Source: an uncultured Spirochaetota bacterium (GTDB lineage Bacteria > Spirochaetota > Spirochaetia > SZUA-6 > Fen-1364). From it: 64,000 nucleotides of DNA. The stretch covers positions 128,001 through 192,000 of the forward strand of contig CAWJSK010000015.1 in assembly GCA_963845535.1 (NCBI GenBank), in the 5' to 3' direction. Each line of letters begins with the position of its first letter. Positions within the stretch are counted from its first letter, which is position 1. This document shows, piece by piece, positions 38,020-47,345 of the stretch. The translations under genes and the position numbers were made by a program. The notes below the pieces were generated by a model. That model had not been told where the DNA came from, searched no databases, and was given only the letters and a program-made list of their open reading frames with translations.

Positions 38020-39966
38020 ATGAAAAGGACCGTCCTTCGAATGCTCGACGAGGCAGCGCAGACGTGGGGGTCACTCGGCTACGCCCACCGCAAGACGGAA
38101 GCGGGATGGACCCCGGTGTCTTTTGCCCAGGCGCGTGAGCGCTCCCGCGAGTTTGCCGCCTGGCTCCTTTCCATGGGCGGCCGCCCCGGTGACGCCATGG
38201 TGATCATTGCCGAAGGCAGCCCCGAGTGGATCATGAGCGAGCTCGGCCTTCTCATGGCCGGTTGCGTCTCCGTTCCACTCTCCATCAAGCTCCTGGAGGA
38301 GGAGATCCCCTTCCGCGCAAACCACTCGAAGGCAAAAGGGATCATCACGACGAAGAACCAGCTCGCGAAGGTCCTCGGATCACTCCGTGCCGTGGATGAC
38401 AAGACCATTCGGATCATCTACCTGGACGATGACCCTGACTGGGCGCGCTCGCAGGCGGCCGCGCATGGCGTGCCCGCTGACAGGCTGACCGGTTTCGAGG
38501 AGGCGCGTCGGGTCGGACGGGACGTGATGGGACACATGCGGCCGGAGCTCGACAGGATCCTCGAGGGCATCCAGGAGGATGACACCGTCACCATTTCCTA
38601 TACGTCGGGGACCACGGGGAACCCCAAGGGCATCATGCTCACCCACCTCAACTACTGGACGAACTGCCACGACGCCCGGGAGGCAATCCGGTTCGAGCCG
38701 GGGTGGAAGTCCCTGATCATCCTGCCGGTGGACCACTCGTTCGCCCACACGGCGGGGCTCTACACGGCGCTCTTGTGCGGGCTGTCGCTGTATTTCGTCG
38801 ACTCCCGCGGCGGCGGGATGGGAACGCTCCGCAATATCCCCATCAACCTGCTGGAGGTCCAGCCGCATTTCATCTTCACCGTCCCCTCGCTCTCCGGCAA
38901 CCTCATGAAGAAGATCATAGCCGGAGTGGAAGAAAAGGGCGGGCTCATCGAAAAGCTCTTCCGGGCAGGAATCGCCGCCGGCATTGCAACGAACGGAAAC
39001 GGCTTCAATCCCCCTGGCTTCCTCCAGAAGCTGAAGAGCTTTTTCCCCTTTATGATGGCCCGGCTCATCGTCTTTACGGCGATCAAAAAGAAGGTTTTCG
39101 GAAGGAACATCCGTTATTGCATTGGCGGCGGCGCGCTCCTCGACCTGAAGCAGCAGGAGTTCTTCGCCGCGCTCGGCGTGCCCGTCTATCAGGGCTACGG
39201 CCTCACGGAAGCCGCGCCCGTGATCAGCGCCAACACTCCGCCCCGGCACAAGTTTGGCACGTCGGGGGTTCTCATGCAGTCGATCGAGCTGAAGCTCGTG
39301 AAGCCGGACGGGACCCTGGCACAAGTCGGAGAGACCGGGGAGGTCGTGGTCCGCGGCGGCAATGTCATGAAAGGCTACTTCCGCAATCCCGAGGCAACGA
39401 GCCAGGCACTGCGGGACGGCTGGTTGTACTCCGGAGACCTCGCATACCGGGACAAGGACGGCTTTCTCGTGGTGGTCGGGCGGGAGAAAGCGCTCCTGAT
39501 TGCCGAGGATGGGGAGAAGTACAGTCCGGAGGACATCGAGGAGGCGGTCACCACGTCCACCGACCTGATCGATCAGATCATGGCATACTGCGATCACCGG
39601 AAGTACACCATGGCCCTCGTCACTCTGGACACGGCGAAGGTGCAGAGGCTTGTAGAGAAGAGAGGGATAACGTGCGCAGAAGAGCTGCTGAGGCTTCTCT
39701 CACAGGAGTTCATCAGGTACCGGGCCGACCCCAAGGCCAAGAAAGTCCAGCCAACGTGGGAGCCCGCGGTTTTCCAGATCGTTCCTCAGCCGTTCAATGA
39801 GAAGGACGGCACCATCAACTCGATGCTGAAGCTCGTCCGCCACAGGATCGTCGAGGTCCACAGGGACCTGATCGAATACGCCTATACCAGGGATGGTTCA
39901 AAGACGGAGAACGGCCGTAACATCGCTGCTCTCCGGTCGGTCTTCCAGCTCGCGAAGGAAAGCTGA
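38020..39966 (+). CDS. long-chain fatty acid-CoA ligase (AMP-binding)
   Basis: YTSGTTGNPKG, QGYGLTE, SGDL and GREK. Confidence 0.9.
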   Translation: MKRTVLRMLDEAAQTWGSLGYAHRKTEAGWTPVSFAQARERSREFAAWLLSMGGRPGDAMVIIAEGSPEWIMSELGLLMAGCVSVPLSIKLLEEEIPFRANHSKAKGIITTKNQLAKVLGSLRAVDDKTIRIIYLDDDPDWARSQAAAHGVPADRLTGFEEARRVGRDVMGHMRPELDRILEGIQEDDTVTISYTSGTTGNPKGIMLTHLNYWTNCHDAREAIRFEPGWKSLIILPVDHSFAHTAGLYTALLCGLSLYFVDSRGGGMGTLRNIPINLLEVQPHFIFTVPSLSGNLMKKIIAGVEEKGGLIEKLFRAGIAAGIATNGNGFNPPGFLQKLKSFFPFMMARLIVFTAIKKKVFGRNIRYCIGGGALLDLKQQEFFAALGVPVYQGYGLTEAAPVISANTPPRHKFGTSGVLMQSIELKLVKPDGTLAQVGETGEVVVRGGNVMKGYFRNPEATSQALRDGWLYSGDLAYRDKDGFLVVVGREKALLIAEDGEKYSPEDIEEAVTTSTDLIDQIMAYCDHRKYTMALVTLDTAKVQRLVEKRGITCAEELLRLLSQEFIRYRADPKAKKVQPTWEPAVFQIVPQPFNEKDGTINSMLKLVRHRIVEVHRDLIEYAYTRDGSKTENGRNIAALRSVFQLAKES

Positions 39967-39967
39967 C

Positions 39968-41113
39968 ATGCTTGCAACCACTCCGCCCATGGGATGGAAC
40001 TCGTGGAACGGATTCGGGCCTCGGGTGAGCGAAGACCTTGTCCGCCAGACCGCGGATTCCCTTGTCTCCTTGGGCTTGCGCGACCTTGGCTACCGGTACG
40101 TCGTCATAGATGACTGCTGGGCGCTGCGCGAGCGCGGAAGAAACCGGGAGCTCGTCCCGGATCCCGAGCGGTTCTCCCTCGGCATGAGACCGCTGGCGGA
40201 CTACGTGCACGGGCTCGGCCTGAAGCTCGGGATCTACTCCGACGCCGCGGAGCGCACCTGCGCAGGCTATCCGGGAAGCTTCGGCTTTGAGGATCAGGAC
40301 GCCGCGTTGTGGGCTTCCTGGGGAATCGATTTCCTGAAATATGACTACTGCCACGCTCCCCAGGACCAGGCAACGGCCATTGAGCGTTACACGAGAATGG
40401 GCGAAGCGCTGAAAAAGACCGGACGGGAAATCCTCTACAGTATATGCGAGTGGGGCGGCAGGAATCCCCACCTCTGGGCCCGCCGGGCCGGAGGCCACAT
40501 GTGGCGGGCAACCCCGGACGTTCTTGACAGTTGGACCGACGTGTGGGTGGAGAAGAGCAACTGGACGGGGATCGGGATCGACAGCGCCATCGAGGCGGCC
40601 GCTGCGCTCAGTGAATACGGCGGCCCCGGCGGCTGGAACGACCTGGACATGCTTGTTGTCGGGCTTCATGGCTCGGGAAGCATCCCCGGGGAGGGAGCCA
40701 CGCTGCGGGAATACAGGACCCAGATGTCCTTGTGGTGCATGCTCTGCTCTCCGCTCATGATCGGATGCGACCTTCGCTCCCGGGAAGGGCCGGTCCGGGA
40801 GATACTTTCCAATCCCGAGCTGATTGCCGTCAACCAGGATCCCCTGGGGCGCCCGGCGGTGAGGGTGCGCCGGATCGGGCAGCAGGAGATCTGGCGCAAA
40901 CCCATGGCGGATGGCTCCATTGTCGTCGCGCTTCTGAACCGCGGAGCCACCGTGGCTGACATGGCCCTGCGCCCCGCCGACGCCGGCGTGCTTGATTCTT
41001 TTCGAGGGACCGCCCGGGACCTTTGGAAGAGGGAAGTGGTGGCGGAGTATTCGCCTGCGTTTGCGCGCACGGTCCAGCCGCATGAGACGGTGGTTCTCCG
41101 CCTGACGCCATGA
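39968..41113 (+). CDS. GH27 alpha-galactosidase
   Basis: PPMGWNSW, IDDCW, DFLKYDYC, MWR and WNDLDML. Confidence 0.95.
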   Translation: MLATTPPMGWNSWNGFGPRVSEDLVRQTADSLVSLGLRDLGYRYVVIDDCWALRERGRNRELVPDPERFSLGMRPLADYVHGLGLKLGIYSDAAERTCAGYPGSFGFEDQDAALWASWGIDFLKYDYCHAPQDQATAIERYTRMGEALKKTGREILYSICEWGGRNPHLWARRAGGHMWRATPDVLDSWTDVWVEKSNWTGIGIDSAIEAAAALSEYGGPGGWNDLDMLVVGLHGSGSIPGEGATLREYRTQMSLWCMLCSPLMIGCDLRSREGPVREILSNPELIAVNQDPLGRPAVRVRRIGQQEIWRKPMADGSIVVALLNRGATVADMALRPADAGVLDSFRGTARDLWKREVVAEYSPAFARTVQPHETVVLRLTP

Positions 41114-42373
41114 AAGGCTCCCCCGCCGGCAGGCTCCTTGTCCCGGCCATCTCGTGTGCTCTCCACGCGCTCGCGTTCCTCCAGTTCGCCTTGCACCGCG
41201 ACCTCTATGGCCTGCCGGCGGAATGGACCAGAGACTACGACCTGCTCCTCCTCGTCTCCTTGGCGCTCGTTGCGGTCATCCACGCGTTTCCTTCCCCGCG
41301 GGTCCGGATCACGGTCGTGGTGGTGCGCATCGTGGTCTTCCTCGTCCTGGGCCTCCCGTTCGGCGGGTTCCTGGACATCCGCTACATGCTGATGTTTTCC
41401 CTGCTCCTGGATCTCAATTCCTGCTTCTCATTCCCGGGCAACGCGGCGCTTTCCGCCGTGGTCATGGCGAGCACCACCTCGTTCCTGCTGCCCGTGAGCG
41501 CTTTCTCCCGCGTCATGCCGGCCCCCGGCTTCCTCGACTGGTCCACGTTTTTTCTTTTCGGTGCATCCTTCGCCGGCCTTCTCATGCTTCTTCGGCGCAC
41601 CTCCGACCTGCTCGGCGAATCCCGGACAAGGACAAGGTCCCTCGATGAAGCCATCAGCAAGCTGATGAGCTCGAGCCGCGATTACCTGGACTACGCGGCC
41701 CGCGTCCAGCGGGAATCCACGGAGCACGAACGGACGCGCATCACCCTCGAGCTGCATGACGTGGTGGGCCAGGCGTTCACCAACGTGTATGCAATGATGG
41801 ACGCGTCTCTGAAGCACCCTGCCGGCAGCCCGGAGGAAATGCGGGAGCTGCACGCGTGGGTGAAGGAACAGGCGAAGAAGGGCTTGAACGAAACGCGTGC
41901 CATCCTCTACGAGCTCCGTTCCATCCGCGAGCGGGAACTGTCCGGGATCCAGGCCATCAAAAACCTCGTCGACACGTTCAGCTTCTCCACGAAGATGCAG
42001 ATCAGGGTGGAGTGGGGGAACCTGCCGTGGGAGTTGGGAGCGGAGCTGGACCAGGTCCTCTATCGCGTGATCCAGGAATCCCTTGTCAATTCGTTCCGCC
42101 ACGGGAATGCCACCGAGATCCAGCTTCATTTCTGGGTGAGTGAAGAGGAGTTGTCGGTCGATATCCAGGACAACGGAACGGGGACCGGCCCGGCCTTCTC
42201 CGGGCAGCAGCGGAGGGGGGGAGGACGGCGCGCGCAAAGGGATAGGCCAGGAGAGTATGGAGAGCCGGGTTGCGGCGGTCGGGGGCGTTGTCACTTTCGG
42301 CGGCAACGGCCGCGGCTACAACGTGCATCTCAGCTTTCCCCAATCCCTCCTCCCGCGGAAGGACCCCCCGTGA
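41110..42373 (+). CDS. membrane sensor histidine kinase (HisKA_3, NarX/DesK type); frameshift at the G run 42215-42221
   Basis: ERTRITLELHDVVG, QESLVNSFRHG and DNGTG. The missing G2 box and C-terminus (GIGQESMESRV..VGG) lie in ORF 42140-42373, whose stop overlaps the regulator GTG. Confidence 0.85.
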
Positions 42374-43038
42374 ACATCCTCATTGTTGATGACCAGAAGC
42401 TTTTCACCGACAGCCTGAAAAAGGTCCTTCTCTCGGAGCAGAAGGACGTGGAGAGCATTGCCATTGCCGTGAATGGGCAGGAGGCGCTTTCAGCGCTGGA
42501 GAAGAGCGTCCCCGATGTCATTCTCATGGACATCCACATGCCCGTCATGGACGGCATCGAGGCGACGGGGATCATTCACCAGAAATATCCGCTCGTGAAG
42601 ATCCTCATGCTGACCACGTTCGGATATGACGACTACGTCAAGGCCGCTCTCGAGAAAGGGGCCGTGGGCTACCTGTTGAAGGACATCTCCACCGAGGAGC
42701 TCCTTGCGTCCGTCCGCGCCGCCTTGAGCGGCGTGCGGATCGTCTCACCCCAGGTGCTGGAGGGAATGAGGCGGCCGCCGGGCGCGCATGACGTTCCTGC
42801 GGTGCCGGCCTGGTATGGGGAGCTGACCCCGAGGGAAAAGGACGTCCTCGTGCTCGTCATGAAGGGGTTCAGCAATGAGGAGATCGCGGAAAAGATTTTC
42901 CTCAGCCAGCAGACGGTGAAGAACTACCTGAGCACCATCTACTCCAAGCTCGGCGTCGAGAACAGGTTCCAGGCAATGCGGCTGGCCATGGAGCACAAGA
43001 TCGACGCCATCTCAGGTCCGGAAGCCGCCGGAGCCTGA
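42370..43038 (+). CDS. NarL/LuxR-family response regulator
   Basis: VNILIVDD, LMDIHMP, GYLLK and LTPREKDVL...SNEEIA...TVKNY. Confidence 0.92.
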   Translation: MNILIVDDQKLFTDSLKKVLLSEQKDVESIAIAVNGQEALSALEKSVPDVILMDIHMPVMDGIEATGIIHQKYPLVKILMLTTFGYDDYVKAALEKGAVGYLLKDISTEELLASVRAALSGVRIVSPQVLEGMRRPPGAHDVPAVPAWYGELTPREKDVLVLVMKGFSNEEIAEKIFLSQQTVKNYLSTIYSKLGVENRFQAMRLAMEHKIDAISGPEAAGA

Positions 43039-43078
43039 AAAGTACTTTTGTACCGGTTGAAAGTGACTTCGGTAACTT
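43038..43078 (+). promoter_or_regulatory. probable response-regulator binding site upstream of the sugar ABC operon
   Basis: Palindrome AAAAGTACTTTT followed by GTAC, and a degenerate copy AAAGTGACTTCGGTAAC about 22 nt downstream. Confidence 0.5.
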
Positions 43079-43185
43079 CACGGCGCCGCGCCGCGCGGCC
43101 TACCATCCAGACTCGGGGCCGGGGCTGTGCCGCGCGGCAGCGCGGCTGCCCGGCCCGAGAAAAATCGGATCAAGGAGGTCTTGGA

Positions 43186-44460
43186 ATGAGGAAACAGCTT
43201 GTGATTCTCCTGGCCATACTGCTCGTCGGCGGCGCTGCGCTGTGGGCTGGCGGCCAGGGTGAGGGCGGAGGCGCTCCCGTCACCGTCTCCTACATGACCT
43301 GGGACTCGGGAAAGGGCCTGGAGGTCACCCAGAGCGCGGTGGATGCGTTCCAGAAGAAGAACCCCAACATCAAGGTCGAGCTGCAGAGCGTTCCCGAAGG
43401 CTATGATGACAAGGTCATGACGGCCAACGCGGCCGGCAACACCCCTGACGGTCTTCTGATGTGGAACACCTCGCAATTCGCGGAGGCCGGCGTCGTGGCA
43501 AACCTCTCCCCGTACGTCATGAAGGACAACTTCAATATCGCGCAGTACCTGCCGGTGCTGAAGTCCTGGAGCGAGTACAAAGGGGGCCTCTGGGGCCTGC
43601 CCAAGGACTACACGCCCCGCGCCATCTACTACAACAAGAAGGTCTTCGATGACGCCGGGGTCGCGTACCCCCAGCCAGGATGGACCTGGGCTGATTTCAC
43701 GGACATCGCAAAGAAGCTCACCAACGGAAAGACGGGAGCGGCGGCGCGCTACGGATACGTGGCCATCCCTGGTCATACCTACGCCATCCAGTCCTACATC
43801 TGGATGAACGGCGGGGACCTGTGCAGTCTGGACGGGAAGACCGCCACCGGCTATATCAACTCATCGCAGGTCGTGGAGGTGGTGAAATGGTACAAAGGTC
43901 TGTTCGACATGTCCATTTCCACCGGCACCATGGACGCGTACCAGAACCTGGGGCAGACCGAGTTCCAGTCCGGGATCGTCGGGATGATGGACAACGGCAT
44001 GTGGCCCCTGGCCACGTTCCTGGGTGACAAGAGCCTGAGCTTCGGCATCGCGGCTCCGCCGGTGCCCCGCAAGGGCGTCGCGCTCTCACCGGTCATCCAT
44101 AGCGCCACGTGGTCCATGTTCGCGAAGGCCAAGCACAAGGACGCCGCGTGGGAGCTCATCAAGTTCCTGGGAAGCCCGGACGGCGTGCGCATCAACTGCG
44201 CGGCCCACTGGGGCCTCCCTCCCATCCCCGCCCTCGCGGATGAGCTGGGCTTCAACTCCGACCCCAACCTGAAGGCCTTCATCGACATCGGAAACCAGGC
44301 CAAGAAAGCCCCCACGTTCGTGCGCAACGCGAAGTGGTTCGAGGCGGACGCCGAGTTCCAGGCCGCCCTCCAGAAGATCTTCCTTTCGAATGCGGACATC
44401 CAGAGCAGCCTGAACGACGCTGCGGCCCGCATGGACAAGATCCTCCAGGGAACCAAGTAG
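43186..44460 (+). CDS. sugar ABC transporter substrate-binding protein
   Basis: AAGGAGG RBS; signal peptide ending WAGGQGE; NPNIKV, IYYNK..FD and WTWADF. Confidence 0.93.
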   Translation: MRKQLVILLAILLVGGAALWAGGQGEGGGAPVTVSYMTWDSGKGLEVTQSAVDAFQKKNPNIKVELQSVPEGYDDKVMTANAAGNTPDGLLMWNTSQFAEAGVVANLSPYVMKDNFNIAQYLPVLKSWSEYKGGLWGLPKDYTPRAIYYNKKVFDDAGVAYPQPGWTWADFTDIAKKLTNGKTGAAARYGYVAIPGHTYAIQSYIWMNGGDLCSLDGKTATGYINSSQVVEVVKWYKGLFDMSISTGTMDAYQNLGQTEFQSGIVGMMDNGMWPLATFLGDKSLSFGIAAPPVPRKGVALSPVIHSATWSMFAKAKHKDAAWELIKFLGSPDGVRINCAAHWGLPPIPALADELGFNSDPNLKAFIDIGNQAKKAPTFVRNAKWFEADAEFQAALQKIFLSNADIQSSLNDAAARMDKILQGTK

Positions 44461-44467
44461 AAGCTTT

Positions 44468-44490
44468 TCCGGGGGGGCCCGCCCCCCGGA
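44468..44490 (+). terminator. GC-rich intercistronic hairpin after the SBP gene (mRNA-stabilising or attenuating)
   Basis: TCCGGGGG...CCCCCGGA inverted repeat; no strong U-tract on the plus strand. Confidence 0.55.
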
Positions 44491-44506
44491 TTGCTTGGAA
44501 GAAACC

Positions 44507-45412
44507 ATGAAACAGATCGGCATGGCATCCCGCGAAAGGCTCTCCGGCTACCTTTTCATCTCACCGTGGCTCATAGGGTTCCTTGCATTCTACGCGGGGC
44601 CCATGCTGTTCTCTTTTGCCGTGAGCTTCACGAACTGGGACTTCTTCAAGAACATGACGTTCGTGGGGCTGCGCAACTATTTCCGGATCTTCAGCCCTGA
44701 TGAGGATGCGCTCTCCGGGCTTCGCAAAACGCTCCTTTTCGTCGTGCTGGAGGTGCCGCTTCAGCTCATCGGGTCACTCATCATTGCGCAACTCCTCACG
44801 GAGAAGCTGCGAGGGGCCAACGTCGCCCGCTCCCTCGTCTACCTTCCGGCCGTGATCTCCGACCCGGCCGGCGGCCTGATCTGGCGCTACATGTTCAACA
44901 CGCAGACGGGGATATTCAACTACGTGCTCTCCTTTTTCGGAGCAGCGCCCGTCCACTGGATCGAAGACCCGAACATCGCGCTCTTCTCCATAATCGGGAC
45001 AGGCCTGTGGGCCGTGGGCCAGCCCATGATCCTTTTCCTGGCGGCTCTCCAGGGGGTCCCGACCGTGTTCTACGAGGCGGCGGGGGTGGACGGGGCTTCC
45101 CGGTGGCGGAGGTTCTTCTCCATCACGCTGCCCATGATCTCCCCCACCATCCTCTTGAACGTGGTGATAATCATGATCAACCAGTTCCAGGTGCTCGCGC
45201 CGCTGCTTGTCATCACCTCGGGCGGGCCGGCAAAAGCCACGTACCTCTATTCCTTCGTGGAGTACAACAACGCCTTTCATTTCCTCAAGATGGGGTACGC
45301 ATCAGCCCTTTCGTGGTTCATGTTCGTCATCATGCTGTGCGTCACGCTGCTGCTTTTCCGCTCCTCGCGCAGGTGGGTCTACTCGGAAAGCGGAAAAGGG
45401 GAAATCCTGTGA
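44507..45412 (+). CDS. carbohydrate ABC transporter permease
   Basis: FVGLRNY and YEAAGVDGA EAA motif, ITLPMISP. Confidence 0.94.
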   Translation: MKQIGMASRERLSGYLFISPWLIGFLAFYAGPMLFSFAVSFTNWDFFKNMTFVGLRNYFRIFSPDEDALSGLRKTLLFVVLEVPLQLIGSLIIAQLLTEKLRGANVARSLVYLPAVISDPAGGLIWRYMFNTQTGIFNYVLSFFGAAPVHWIEDPNIALFSIIGTGLWAVGQPMILFLAALQGVPTVFYEAAGVDGASRWRRFFSITLPMISPTILLNVVIIMINQFQVLAPLLVITSGGPAKATYLYSFVEYNNAFHFLKMGYASALSWFMFVIMLCVTLLLFRSSRRWVYSESGKGEIL

Positions 45413-46305
45413 GCTCTTTGACCGCCGCCGCCCGCACGCGCCGCATCCCCGGGATGAACTGCGCCGCGGGCATCAACGGAACCGGGGGGCCCGCGCGCAG
45501 CACGCTCCTCTACGCGCTCATGGTCGTCGTGTGCGTGGTATTTCTCTTCCCGGTCTACTGGGTGTTCATCAAGTCGATCAACGGGCCCATCGCCATATTC
45601 CAGTATCCGCCGGATATCTTTCCCGCGCGACTCAGCCTGGCTAACTTCCAGAGCGCGTTCGGAAGCTTCCACCTGCAGGTGAACTTCCTCAACACCCTGA
45701 AGATCATGGTGTTCGCGCTGTTCGGCGCGTCCCTTTCCTCCGCCGTGGTGGGATACGGCTTCGCGCGCCTGCGCTTCCGCGGAAGGAACGCCCTTTTCCT
45801 CCTGGTGATTGCAACCATCTTCGTGCCCTGGGACGTGAAGGTGATCCCGCAGTTCATGGAGTTCAGCGCGCTGGGGTGGATCAATACCTACCTGCCCCTT
45901 ATTGTGCCGCTGTGGTTCGGTTTTCCCTTCTATATATTCATCTTCCGCCAGTTCATCACGCAAATCCCCTATGAGCTGGACGAATCCGCCATCCTGGACG
46001 GTTGCAGCAGGGTGGGCATCTTCAGCAGGATCATACTTCCCAACCTCAAACCGCCGTTCATCACGGTGCTCGTGTACGAGTTCGTCCGGGTCTGGAATGA
46101 CTTCCTCGACCCGCTCATCTACCTCAACAAGAGCGACCGTTATACGCTGAGCCTGGGGATCTACCACATGGTCTCCCCGTGGTTCATGGACTGGGGAGCG
46201 CTCATGGCGGCCTCAGCCCTGTCGGTGCTTTTCCCGGTGATCGTGTTCTTCCTGTTGCAGAAATACCTCTTTGGCGGTTTGATACTCTCCGGCCTGAAGG
46301 CTTGA
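45409..46305 (+). CDS. carbohydrate ABC transporter permease
   Basis: GYGFARLRF, ELDESAILDG and WNDFL; GTGA overlap with the upstream stop. Confidence 0.93.
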   Translation: MSSLTAAARTRRIPGMNCAAGINGTGGPARSTLLYALMVVVCVVFLFPVYWVFIKSINGPIAIFQYPPDIFPARLSLANFQSAFGSFHLQVNFLNTLKIMVFALFGASLSSAVVGYGFARLRFRGRNALFLLVIATIFVPWDVKVIPQFMEFSALGWINTYLPLIVPLWFGFPFYIFIFRQFITQIPYELDESAILDGCSRVGIFSRIILPNLKPPFITVLVYEFVRVWNDFLDPLIYLNKSDRYTLSLGIYHMVSPWFMDWGALMAASALSVLFPVIVFFLLQKYLFGGLILSGLKA

Positions 46306-46329
46306 GAGCAGAAAGGCCGGGAGGCGTCA

Positions 46330-47331
46330 ATGTCAGAGGGTCATCTTCCACGGGCTGACCGCTATGATTCCATGAGGTATAACCGATGCGGGAAGAGCGG
46401 GCTGAAGCTGCCCGCGGTTTCCCTGGGGCTCTGGCACAATTTCGGAGGGGAGACTCTCTTCGAGAACGCCCGCGCAATGATCCGCCGGGCTTTCGACCTT
46501 GGTATCACGCATTTCGACCTTGCCAACAACTACGGACCTCCCCCGGGCTCCGCGGAGCAAAACTTCGGCCGGATCCTTCGGGAGGATTTTCGCGGCTATC
46601 GCGATGAGATGGTCATCTCCACGAAAGCCGGCTACCTGATGTGGCCCGGCCCCTACGGCGAGTGGGGATCCCGAAAGAGCCTCCTTGCCAGCCTGGACCA
46701 GAGCCTGGATCGGCTGGGGCTGGAGTACGTGGATATCTTCTACTCTCACCGGCCGGATCCCGAGACTCCCCTGGAAGAAACCATGTTCGCCCTGCACCAG
46801 GCGGTGCGGCAGGGGAAGGCGTTGTATGCGGGCATCTCCAACTACAGGCTGCCTGAGGCCCGGGAGGCCGTCTCCATCCTGAAGAGGCTCGGCACCCCGT
46901 GTCTCATCCACCAGCCGAATTACTCCCTGCTGGACAGATGGGTGGAGGACGGCTTGCTGGACCATCTCCACGCCGAAGGCGTCGGCTGCATTGCCTTTTC
47001 CCCGCTTGCGCGCGGACGTCTCACCGACAGGTACCTGGAGGGGATCCCGGCTGACTCACGCGCGGCAGGGCCCAGCGTTTTCCTGAAGCCGGAAGACATC
47101 ACGCCCGAGCTGCGTGGACGGCTCGTGAAGCTGAATGGGCTTGCAAAGGCGCGGGGCCAGAGTCTGGCCCAAATGGCGCTGGCGTGGGTGCTGCGGGGCG
47201 GCAGAGTCACCTCCGTGCTGATCGGCGCCAGCAAGCCGCAGCAGATCGATGACTGCGTGGAGGCGTTCCGCAATACGGAATTCTCCGCTGAGGAGCTGCG
47301 GCGGATCGACCAGTCACTCGGCGCGGGCTGA
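46330..47331 (+). CDS. gpr: aldo/keto reductase, L-glyceraldehyde 3-phosphate reductase (Gpr/YghZ)-like
   Basis: SLGLWHNFG, HFDLANNYGPPPGSAE, STKAGY and DIFYSHR. Confidence 0.9.
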   Translation: MSEGHLPRADRYDSMRYNRCGKSGLKLPAVSLGLWHNFGGETLFENARAMIRRAFDLGITHFDLANNYGPPPGSAEQNFGRILREDFRGYRDEMVISTKAGYLMWPGPYGEWGSRKSLLASLDQSLDRLGLEYVDIFYSHRPDPETPLEETMFALHQAVRQGKALYAGISNYRLPEAREAVSILKRLGTPCLIHQPNYSLLDRWVEDGLLDHLHAEGVGCIAFSPLARGRLTDRYLEGIPADSRAAGPSVFLKPEDITPELRGRLVKLNGLAKARGQSLAQMALAWVLRGGRVTSVLIGASKPQQIDDCVEAFRNTEFSAEELRRIDQSLGAG

Positions 47332-47345
47332 TCAGGGGAGACCTG

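Noticed and set aside
41110..43038. 642-aa hybrid His kinase-response regulator ORF
   Set aside because: The kinase C-terminus is present in another frame with its own stop overlapping the regulator GTG; best explained by an indel in a G run.
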